Of a stretch of 64,000 nucleotides of DNA, positions 30,964 through 38,663 are shown in pieces (the stretch's first letter is position 1; every line of letters starts with the position of its first letter). A model generated the notes under the pieces. It worked only from the letters and a program-made list of their open reading frames with translations. It made no database searches and was not told the origin of the DNA. The DNA comes from Bdellovibrionales bacterium. GTDB taxonomy: Bacteria > Bdellovibrionota > Bdellovibrionia > Bdellovibrionales > UBA840. The stretch is taken from assembly GCA_045110695.1 (NCBI GenBank), contig JBGCGH010000043.1:12755-76754 (forward strand), written 5' to 3'. Made by a program: the position numbers and the translations under genes.

Positions 30964-31560
30964 TTACTTTTGTTCTACCCAGGCGTTATACATGAACTCT
31001 TCTAATTCAACCACACCCTTTTTCTTACTAGAGCTTACAGTGAAGGTCTTCTCAATACCACTAGCTTTTTGAATTTTAAACTTTGCATTCATGGCTTTGT
31101 TCTTACCCAATTTATCTTCTTTTGTCAGAACCAGAATAACATCGGTATTACTCGAGTAAATCCACTCCACCAGCATCGCCTCTTCTTCAGTCCAGTTTCT
31201 GCGGCAATCCATAATCAAAAGTAAGCCCTTTAAATTACCCCTAAGACTAATGTAGGTCTCAATCATACTTTTCCAAGAATCCACTTCTTTGCGACTTCTT
31301 GCTGCGAAACCATAGCCTGGCATATCTACTAGGTAATAGCCTTTACGAACTTCGAAAAAATTAAGGAGTGTTGTCTTTCCGGGGGTTCCTGAGACTTTAG
31401 CTATTCGAGTTCCAAACATTGCGTTGATTAAGGAGCTTTTACCCGCGTTGGAACGACCGATGACTCCTATTTCAGGTAAGGCATCTGGGTTTACTGGGTA
31501 CTGCTCAGGGACTACGGCGCTGGTGATGAATCGAATTTTTCCGTTTCCTGTTAATTTCAT
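30964..31560 (-). CDS. engB: Ribosome biogenesis GTP-binding protein YsxC/EngB
   Basis: 198 aa. GRSNAGKSSLINAM (G1), DMPGYG (G3), TKEDK (G4). Confidence 0.9.
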   Translation of the reverse strand: MKLTGNGKIRFITSAVVPEQYPVNPDALPEIGVIGRSNAGKSSLINAMFGTRIAKVSGTPGKTTLLNFFEVRKGYYLVDMPGYGFAARSRKEVDSWKSMIETYISLRGNLKGLLLIMDCRRNWTEEEAMLVEWIYSSNTDVILVLTKEDKLGKNKAMNAKFKIQKASGIEKTFTVSSSKKKGVVELEEFMYNAWVEQK

Positions 31561-31746
31561 GGTTTGCCATCCGGGTTGTTTTTGGGAGTTTACTACAATT
31601 GTTGGGGGGCGGCAAAAGGGATGGAAAGAAATACAGAGGTTTTTGGGGTTTAGAGGATGAGGGTTTGGGGTGGGGTATTTGGTTGAGGCTTACAGAGGTT
31701 TGCGAGGGTTCTGCCAAAACCGAATGGCTGTGTCCGTGCTCAGACA
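31561..31746. repeat. G/T-rich tract plus the left remnant of a REP-like repeat (left flank of the IS)
   Basis: GGGG/GGG runs (e.g. gagggtttggggtggggtatttgg). 31639-31682 aligns by eye with 62178-62216. 31731-31746 (tgtccgtgctcagaca) is identical to 62260-62275. Confidence 0.6.
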
Positions 31747-31962
31747 TATATGGACCCGCCACTCTGCACAATAGAGAATGTAAAAAATAGAATGCGTACA
31801 TATATTTGACTTCATTGGTCTATTTCCAAGAGCCTAGATGAAATTCGCTGCCTTAACTCCTCATCAGTCCTATGGACTCAATAAATTGGTCCTCTGTCTG
31901 CGATAGTTTTTTTTAAGGCTTTTTCTTCTTTTAACCATCTACATTTGTGCATTTCGAACTGT
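31747..31962 (-). ncRNA. Candidate seekRNA/bridge RNA region of the IS (non-coding 3' end)
   Basis: 216 bp non-coding region 3' of the transposase. Contains GTCCTC+TGTCTG (31889-31900), which matches the two target half-sites on opposite strands. Also contains TCATCAGTCC-TATGGAC (31861-31877), which resembles the IS ends. No fold or covariance model was run. Confidence 0.4.
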
Positions 31963-32982
31963 TTAAATATCTATATACTCACCACCGTTTTTCAAAATAG
32001 CTATCATTCCTCGTACATTTTTATTCGCCAGAGATATAGCTGCACTATTAAAACCCTTTCTATTTACCTGTTCATTTATCCACCTATTTTGTTTCGATAA
32101 ATCACCTTTTCTCATTGCAGAAATAACCTTCGCTCTTGCTCCTTGAACTACCAACCTACGTAAATCCTTGTCCCCTGATTTTGTTAGCCTTGTTAATACT
32201 GTTTTTCCTCCAGTACTTCGTTGACCTGGCACTAGCCCTAGCCATGCTGATCCATGTCGGCCATTTCTAAAATTCCTAGCGTCACCTGCACTGGCTAGAA
32301 ACAATGTCGCCGTTAAAAAACCTACCCCTGGAAAACTCATTAAGCGCTTACAGCTCTCACATTGCTTTGCTATTTCTTTTAACTTATTTGTATAGTTTTT
32401 TTCCTTTTCAATGGTCTCTAAAATCTCGGCGAACTGAACCCTTACCAAATCAAGAAATACATGGCTGTGACCAAATTCATCCTTGCAGAGAAGTTCTCTA
32501 ACCCCTTCCATCAAGCCTGTACTTCCTTTCGGGAAAGTGTATCCATACTCCATAAGTAAGCCCCTTAATTGATTAGATAGACTCACTCTATTTCTAACTA
32601 AAATATCACGTACCCTGTGAAGAGATTGAATATCTTGTTGTGATTCCGTCTTGATCCCTACCACTGTTGCCCTTGGTCTACGACCCGCTTCAATAATTGC
32701 AAAGCCATCGTTCTTGTCGTTTTTCTGTCCCTTTACAAAAGGTTTTACATCCTGAGCTGGTATAAGCTTTACATCGATATTTAGCTTAATAAATTCTCGA
32801 GCCCAATAATGCGCACCTCCACATGCCTCCATATAGATGCAGTCTGGTTCAAGGTTTAGCACCTCCAAGAGGACCCTTTTTCTAGCCACCTTCTTACTCA
32901 TTAAGACCTTGTTATCATCATCATTTACTGCACAAAAATAAAAACTTTCTTTTGCCAAATCGATTCCTAATAGTTTACTCAT
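31963..32982 (-). CDS. IS110-family transposase/recombinase (DEDD N-terminal domain + Transposase_20 C-terminal domain)
   Basis: 339 aa. LLGIDLAKESFYF, IYMEACGGAHYWAREF, KNDKNDGFAIIEAG. C-terminal FPGVGFLTATLFLASAGDARNF...LGLVPGQRSTGGK. Confidence 0.92.
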   Translation of the reverse strand: MSKLLGIDLAKESFYFCAVNDDDNKVLMSKKVARKRVLLEVLNLEPDCIYMEACGGAHYWAREFIKLNIDVKLIPAQDVKPFVKGQKNDKNDGFAIIEAGRRPRATVVGIKTESQQDIQSLHRVRDILVRNRVSLSNQLRGLLMEYGYTFPKGSTGLMEGVRELLCKDEFGHSHVFLDLVRVQFAEILETIEKEKNYTNKLKEIAKQCESCKRLMSFPGVGFLTATLFLASAGDARNFRNGRHGSAWLGLVPGQRSTGGKTVLTRLTKSGDKDLRRLVVQGARAKVISAMRKGDLSKQNRWINEQVNRKGFNSAAISLANKNVRGMIAILKNGGEYIDI

Positions 32983-33078
32983 AATTTTGGACTCTCCCTC
33001 TAATTCAAATAATAATTAAACTATTATTTCGGCACTGCCTAAGCAAGATGTCATAAAAGGGGCGGGTCCATTTCATTA

Positions 33079-33155
33079 GTCCTCCGCGCCCTTGGCTTGT
33101 GCGGAACTGCGCGCGGACAAGTCAGGTTTAATTTGAAAATAGAATTAGTAAGAAG
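33079..33155. repeat. Right part of the REP-like repeat interrupted by the IS
   Basis: gtcctcc...gtgcggaactgcgcgcggacaag...tttaatttgaaaatagaattagtaagaag aligns with 62276-62350 (7-nt and 23-nt identical blocks, diverged elsewhere). Confidence 0.75.
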
Positions 33156-33196
33156 TTTTTTTCGTGGGCACGTGTTGGTAGGAAGGGGGAGGGGGA

Positions 33197-33226
33197 TAAA
33201 AAAAGGCAAACCCGAGGGTTTGCCTT
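33197..33226 (-). terminator. Rho-independent terminator after the porin gene
   Basis: GGCAAACCC and GGGTTTGCC form a stem (33205-33224). On the minus strand it is followed by a T-run (A-run 33198-33204 on plus). Confidence 0.7.
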
Positions 33227-33253
33227 ACAAGGAAATTTAAGTAAAAGCCTTAA

Positions 33254-34234
33254 TTAGAACTTAGCATGCCAGTTCCACATAAGAGTTGCAGGATCGTCTG
33301 CACCGTCAGTAGAAACGTCAGTCATAGTGTAGAAAACACCGTTCTGTAAACCTTTTGCAAGATTCCAAGTGTAACCCAACTTGATTTGGCTTGTAATAGT
33401 AGTAGCCGTTTCAAGATCTTCTGGGTGAGACTGGTAATGGAAATAGATGTCGTTCATCTCAGATAGAGCGTACTGAAGAGCTAGTCTGAAACCAGTTAAA
33501 GTAGCGTCTCTTCCGTCAAGATCACCAGAAATATACTCTAGTTGACCTTTGATCATGTCAGACATGTAGTTAAGAACTAAAGCCATTTGAGTAGAAGCCT
33601 TTTCAGTAGTTCCATCATCAGACTCGCTGTTTGAGTTGTAGAAGAAATCTACGCCAAACATACCCATCTCATAACCTAAAGAAAGTGCGTAACCGATAGC
33701 AGCATCAGCTTGACCTGACTCTAGAGAAGTCTGCTGACCGTTGTGAAGATCGATACCGTACTTGAAAGCACCGCTCATGTTACCATAACGAATACCAGCG
33801 TGCTCTTCACTTAGCTCAACATAAGTTGATCCAAGTTGTTGAAGCATAGCTTCTGAGTGCCAACGTTGGTTTAAGTTCTTGTATACTGTAGCTTTATAAA
33901 GGTTGGAAAAAACACCAAACTTCATGTGGTCGCCACCAGTAAATACGTCTTTACCTTTAATGTATGCTTTACGTAAGAAAGCATCACCTGTTACACCGCT
34001 TGTTTGAGCAGTCTGTAAAGAAAGTTTTGCACTCCAGTTATCATTGAAAGAATGATGACCAGAAATTCGAACTCTTTCTACTCCGAAACCCATTGCTGAT
34101 GTATCGTCAGCAGTCTTAGCACTTGTTTCGTAACTAAAGTTACCCAAGATGCTTCCGTGGATTCCACTGTGTTTTGCCATTGCTGTGCCACCTACTAAAG
34201 ATGCGGCCGCAACTAATAATGTAAGTTTTTTCAT
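33254..34234 (-). CDS. Outer-membrane porin (beta-barrel)
   Basis: 326 aa. Signal peptide MKKLTLLVAAASLVGGTAMA, alternating beta-strand pattern, C-terminal ...WNWHAKF. Codon usage looks visibly biased and it has its own terminator, which suggests high expression. Confidence 0.7.
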   Translation of the reverse strand: MKKLTLLVAAASLVGGTAMAKHSGIHGSILGNFSYETSAKTADDTSAMGFGVERVRISGHHSFNDNWSAKLSLQTAQTSGVTGDAFLRKAYIKGKDVFTGGDHMKFGVFSNLYKATVYKNLNQRWHSEAMLQQLGSTYVELSEEHAGIRYGNMSGAFKYGIDLHNGQQTSLESGQADAAIGYALSLGYEMGMFGVDFFYNSNSESDDGTTEKASTQMALVLNYMSDMIKGQLEYISGDLDGRDATLTGFRLALQYALSEMNDIYFHYQSHPEDLETATTITSQIKLGYTWNLAKGLQNGVFYTMTDVSTDGADDPATLMWNWHAKF

Positions 34235-34399
34235 AGATCTCTCCTAGTTGTTCACTATGTTGTTTAACTAACTAAAAGCATGGCTTATAATTTTTATAAT
34301 TTAAAGAAATAACTGACTGCATTAAAATGGCTGTTTAAAAAACTTTTGACTTCAAAAATGTAGTGAATTTGGTAACTTAGCCGTCTTCAAGGAGTGTGT

Positions 34400-34993
34400 A
34401 TGAAACGCCTCATATTGGCTTCCCAATCTGTGTATAGGAAGCAACAACTGGAAAGTTTGGGTCTTGCTTTTGATACAGAAAGCAGCAATTTGGATGAGAA
34501 TTCTCTAAAAGTAAAATTTAAAAATGATCTCGAGAGGGCTAGTCTGGAGCTTGCCAAAGCTAAAGCCCATAATGTTTTTGCTAAAATGGAAGAAAAAACT
34601 AGACCAGTAATAGGTGCTGATCAAATAGCAAGTTGTGAGGATTTGCTACTAAATAAGCCAGGTGATTTTGAAACAGCAATGCGAAGTCTTCAAAAAATGT
34701 GTGGAAAAACCGTTCATTTATATAGCTCTGTAGCGATTGTTAGCTCTGATTTGGATCATTCCTATACCAGTATTTGTAAGTTGAAGATGAAACAGCTTAC
34801 AGATTTAGAGATTGAAAGTTATTTGAAATTTGCTGAGCCTTACGACTGCGCAGGATCCTTTAAGATTGAAAAAGGTGGAATTGCTCTATTTGAGTCCATA
34901 GAAACGGACGATTATACGGGAATTATGGGACTACCTTTAATGCAGCTTTCTAAGCTTTTAACAAGCATCGGTTACAAACTTTTTAATTCCTGA
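34400..34993 (+). CDS. maf: Maf-like nucleoside triphosphate pyrophosphatase
   Basis: MKRLILASQSVYRKQQLESLG...DE...GADQ...KP......GKTV.L.S.V...AGSFKIE..G. Start placed at ATG 34400. Confidence 0.8.
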   Translation: MKRLILASQSVYRKQQLESLGLAFDTESSNLDENSLKVKFKNDLERASLELAKAKAHNVFAKMEEKTRPVIGADQIASCEDLLLNKPGDFETAMRSLQKMCGKTVHLYSSVAIVSSDLDHSYTSICKLKMKQLTDLEIESYLKFAEPYDCAGSFKIEKGGIALFESIETDDYTGIMGLPLMQLSKLLTSIGYKLFNS

Positions 34994-35000
34994 GTTGTTT

Positions 35001-35879
35001 CTAGAAGGAAAGGCCCACCGGTGCAGGGTAGTCCTTGCTGGCTAAAAATTTACCTTTTTCGTTCTTAGTGATCTCTGAAGCGGCAACTTCAGCGTCGTGG
35101 GTAAAGAAGAAAATCGTATTTTCTAGATCTAGATCAGAATATAGTTTTTCTTTTTCCTCAATGACTAGCTCCGGGAAACGATCATAACCCATGGTGATAG
35201 GTAGGTGAATCCAAGCTTTTCCAGGAATTAAGTCACCACAATAAACTATGCTTTTTTCATTGCCCCTAAAGACTCCAAGTATTTGACCTGGCGTGTGGCC
35301 ATCTGAATTTATAAATTTTAACCTACCATCAAAAAACTCTTCTTGAGACTCAGGGTCGATTATTTTTAATCTTCCCGTTTTTTCTAATTTTTTAGGAAGA
35401 TCCTTGATAAAGCTAGCCCGGTCTCTGAAGTGAGGATTGTTGGCTCGATCCCAAGCTTCCTTTCCAACAATGTAATTTGCGTTTGGAAATAAAATCGAAT
35501 CATTTCCTTTTTTTATTTCATCAAACTCAGGGAGTAGCCCTCCGGCGTGATCAAAATGTAGATGACTCAATACAACAAAATCTATGTCACTATGGTCGAT
35601 TCCAAGGTTTGTTAAGTTTTCCAAGAGAAGGTGTCTCTCGTAGGACTGGACACCAAATCTTTGAGCTAGCTTGGGTTCAAAAAAGGCTCCTATTCCCACT
35701 TCAAAAAGAATCTTTGTAGAACCATATTGTATTAACAAGCAACGACAGGCCAAAGGGATGCGGCTCAGCTCATCAGGCTCCACCCAATTCTTCCACATTT
35801 CTTTAGGGGCATTGCCAAACATGGCACCACCGTCTAACTTTTGCCTGTTGCCTTCGACGGCTGTAAATCGAATTTCCAT
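35001..35879 (-). CDS. MBL-fold metallo-hydrolase
   Basis: Start moved to MEIRFTAVEG (ATG 35879) to remove the overlap with the divergent gene. Metal motif VLSHLHFDHAGG, plus later HTPGQ and D residues. Confidence 0.75.
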   Translation of the reverse strand: MEIRFTAVEGNRQKLDGGAMFGNAPKEMWKNWVEPDELSRIPLACRCLLIQYGSTKILFEVGIGAFFEPKLAQRFGVQSYERHLLLENLTNLGIDHSDIDFVVLSHLHFDHAGGLLPEFDEIKKGNDSILFPNANYIVGKEAWDRANNPHFRDRASFIKDLPKKLEKTGRLKIIDPESQEEFFDGRLKFINSDGHTPGQILGVFRGNEKSIVYCGDLIPGKAWIHLPITMGYDRFPELVIEEKEKLYSDLDLENTIFFFTHDAEVAASEITKNEKGKFLASKDYPAPVGLSF

Positions 35880-35958
35880 TTTGATACCCTTTTGTTTCCT
35901 GCCAATATATAGTGAATAGGAAAAGATTTTGGTCCTAATGTCCAGAAGGAGATAAGGC

Positions 35959-36585
35959 TTGATTGATTTTAAGGCATTTGATTTTTTTCGCCCCATAGAT
36001 CTACCGGAAGATTACCATGTATTTGATCTCTCCAATGGCCCGGTGGAAGCGCCCGAGGCTGTGGTGTATTCTGTTGGTAAATACAACGAGCAACGGCCAG
36101 ATATGTACACTTCAGAGATCTACTCTTCGGGGCGAAATATCCACATGGGTTTAGATATTGGGGCTCCGGTCGGTACAAAAATCAAAAACTTTTATGAGGG
36201 CGAGGTGTTCTCTAGAAAATATCATTCCGACGATTTAGACTATGGTTACACTTTGGTATTAAAATACCAACTAGGAGATCAGGCCTTATTCGCTCTCTTC
36301 GGACATCTTTCAGAAAAATCCTACCTGGAAAATCCCATAGGAAAAACAATAAGAAAAGGCGAGGAGTTTGCCTATTTGGGCGCAAAACATGAAAATGGTG
36401 GGTGGCCCTCGCATTTACACCTTCAACTTAGCTACAAAGCTCCTAAAAACTGTGATATGCCTGGGGTTGTAAGTTCCAGTGCTAGAGAAGAAGCTTTGCG
36501 GCTCTATCCTGACCCGCAAAATGTTTTTGGTAAGTTGTATAACAACAAAGGAGAAAAAAATGAAAACCGCCATACTAATTTTTAG
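35959..36585 (+). CDS. M23 family metallopeptidase
   Basis: HMGLDIGAPVGTKI (HxxxD), FGHLS, SHLHLQL (HxH). TTG start after AGGAG. Confidence 0.75.
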   Translation: MIDFKAFDFFRPIDLPEDYHVFDLSNGPVEAPEAVVYSVGKYNEQRPDMYTSEIYSSGRNIHMGLDIGAPVGTKIKNFYEGEVFSRKYHSDDLDYGYTLVLKYQLGDQALFALFGHLSEKSYLENPIGKTIRKGEEFAYLGAKHENGGWPSHLHLQLSYKAPKNCDMPGVVSSSAREEALRLYPDPQNVFGKLYNNKGEKNENRHTNF

Positions 36586-36898
36586 TTTATTAGGAAGCAG
36601 CCTGTGTGCTGAAATGATTGAAAAGACCTACTTTGTTAAGGGTATGCATTGTGGAGGCTGCGAGTCTGGAGTGAAACAATCCTTACTGCATCTAGCTGGA
36701 GTAAAAAAAGAACAAATAGTAGAGGTAACCTACTCTAAACCGGATCCTGACAATGAAATCGGTAGTGTGGTCTTAAAGTTTAATAAGGACGACTACAAGG
36801 GAAAAGCTACAGACTGTAAATTGGCTAAAGCAATCAAAAAGAACCCAGGATACGATCTGTATTGGGAAAAAGGAAATCAGAATCCATGCAAGCTATAG
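36560..36898 (+). CDS. Secreted heavy-metal-associated (HMA) domain protein
   Basis: Start moved to MKTAILIFSLLGSSLCA (ATG 36560, RBS AAGGAG). GMHCGGC metal-binding motif. Confidence 0.7.
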   Translation: MKTAILIFSLLGSSLCAEMIEKTYFVKGMHCGGCESGVKQSLLHLAGVKKEQIVEVTYSKPDPDNEIGSVVLKFNKDDYKGKATDCKLAKAIKKNPGYDLYWEKGNQNPCKL

Positions 36899-37767
36899 GC
36901 TGCATTGGATTTATTTTAATTTTTCTGACTAGTTTTGGTTTGAATGCAAAGCTTGTTTGCCCGAAATTCTCTGAAGCAGAAAAGCTGGATCGCTTAGAGT
37001 ATTTTGAGCCCGAGGGGTTCAGCGCTCAAGATAAAAAGCACTTTATTGTTTTGCTTCCGGGACTGAATTATAATCCTAAAGCTAGTGAGCAAATGATTAG
37101 CGAGTTACTGGAGCATAATGTAGCGGTGTTTAATGTTTTTCTTTATGGTGCTCGTGATGAAAATTTTGAGCCTAGCTTATTACTTCCTAACCAGTGGATT
37201 GAGACTGTTTTAAAAAGTTTTTGCATGGTGGACTTACTTAGTAGTACCCAAAAAGCCAAGTGGTCCATTTTGGCCTACAGCATGGGGGGACTTTATTCTG
37301 AGATAAATTTGCAAAAGTATTCCAGCTCATTTACAAATTTAGATAAGGTAATGTATATAGCGCCTGCTTTAAATCTTAATTTTAGTATGGCCACTCTTCT
37401 TAACCTTAGAAAAATAATGGGTAGGAATTGGTGGATCCCAAATTTCAATCTTGAGAACTACCGAGCTAAGGCATTTACTAGTATAGCTGAGTATGATGAG
37501 TTTGCTACTATGTACGATCTCTATCAAAAAATGGACAAGACAGTCCTCATGATTCCAACCATTTTAGTAAAATCACCTCGCGATGAGTTGATTAATAGTG
37601 ATGGTGTATTAAAAGAGCTTCATTTGCACCGAGAGACTCTTTTTGATATCGATTTGAAAAAGTCCAAAAGAGGAACCGTGGGCAAGTATCATCTACTTGT
37701 AGACCAGCAGAGCCTCGGTCCAGACTGGGAGCATATGCAGTTTCAGTTGAAATTTTTAGCTCAATAA
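36862..37767 (+). CDS. Alpha/beta-hydrolase fold protein (putative secreted esterase)
   Basis: Signal-like N-terminus, nucleophile elbow ILAYSMGG, late His (KYHLLVD). Start may be ATG 36886. Confidence 0.55.
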   Translation: MGKRKSESMQAIGCIGFILIFLTSFGLNAKLVCPKFSEAEKLDRLEYFEPEGFSAQDKKHFIVLLPGLNYNPKASEQMISELLEHNVAVFNVFLYGARDENFEPSLLLPNQWIETVLKSFCMVDLLSSTQKAKWSILAYSMGGLYSEINLQKYSSSFTNLDKVMYIAPALNLNFSMATLLNLRKIMGRNWWIPNFNLENYRAKAFTSIAEYDEFATMYDLYQKMDKTVLMIPTILVKSPRDELINSDGVLKELHLHRETLFDIDLKKSKRGTVGKYHLLVDQQSLGPDWEHMQFQLKFLAQ

Positions 37768-37835
37768 TTCCTTGATCTCTGGTACTCTATTTGCTGGTAT
37801 CTACTAGTGTATGTAAAATCATTACAGGAGAAGCA

Positions 37836-38600
37836 ATGAATTTAAGATCTATCGCCATAAATGTCACTTTTTTAACAAGTTTGACACTCCTATTAGCCTG
37901 TCATGCTAGGCTTGCCACCCTAGAAGACCAAACTCCATTAGAAATTGAGATCGCCAGTTCTCAGGCCCTGTCGAGCGAATTGATAGAATTTGATGCTTGT
38001 ATAGACTCTGTAGTTTTAGGGCAAGGAGACGGACGAAATCGAGTAGACCTATATAGTTTTAAAGTGAAAACAGCAGTGGATTTAGCTAGTTTGGACGGTG
38101 GTTTTAAGATGAAAGGGATTTCTGCTTTAGCCGGTACCTTTGATTATGTAAAATTGAAGTTTGCCAATAGCTGCGGATCAGGAAATTCAATACAATTTGT
38201 AAATAGCAAGGCGTTGGAATTTGAAAGTGCAGAATCTTTTGACGTGATGTTGAGAGGTGTTGTTCGAGTGGCTGACAAAAGAAAGCTAGAAAAACCTTAT
38301 TTTGAGTCCTTCACAAAATCCTGTGGTGAAGAAGTTACTCGAACCAAGCCAGGTCTGATTGGTGAGGATCGAAGGGAAGCGGTGGACACTTGTTATAGTT
38401 CTAAAGTAAAGAACTTCAAATTACCTGCATCCAACTTATTTTTTGACTGGAATGCCATGCTTTCTACGATCGTAAATGCAGGGCCAAATCAAAATGTAGT
38501 TAAAATGCTCGATAAAAAGGTTTTAGGCAAACTTCGCCGTAGAACTGGCTCAAATCAAAAGCAGGTGGTGCAAGCTACTGACGTAGAAGCTAGGAATTAA
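37836..38600 (+). CDS. Hypothetical lipoprotein
   Basis: Start moved to MNLRSIAINVTFLTSLTLLLAC (lipobox) after RBS AGGAG. Confidence 0.55.
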   Translation: MNLRSIAINVTFLTSLTLLLACHARLATLEDQTPLEIEIASSQALSSELIEFDACIDSVVLGQGDGRNRVDLYSFKVKTAVDLASLDGGFKMKGISALAGTFDYVKLKFANSCGSGNSIQFVNSKALEFESAESFDVMLRGVVRVADKRKLEKPYFESFTKSCGEEVTRTKPGLIGEDRREAVDTCYSSKVKNFKLPASNLFFDWNAMLSTIVNAGPNQNVVKMLDKKVLGKLRRRTGSNQKQVVQATDVEARN

Positions 38601-38663
38601 TCCCTCTACAATTGGACAATGAAACAGCCCTATGGCATGTTCTTCCTTGAATAGGGAGAGTTT

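Larger units (their letters stand above)
31747..33078 (-). mobile_element. IS110-family insertion sequence, IS1111-like subgroup (1332 bp, boundaries +/-1 nt)
   Basis: Boundaries come from comparison with the uninterrupted paralogous site at 62260-62282. Sub-terminal inverted repeats tggacccgcc (31751-31760) and ggcgggtcca (33061-33070). Single DEDD-type transposase. The long non-coding end lies 3' of the transposase. Confidence 0.85.

Noticed and set aside
31505-31801. 98-aa Pro-rich minus ORF (and the 63-aa plus ORF 31599..31790)
   Set aside because: Composition artefact of the G-rich/C-rich tract and the IS end. It overlaps the engB start out of frame and crosses the IS boundary at 31746/31747.
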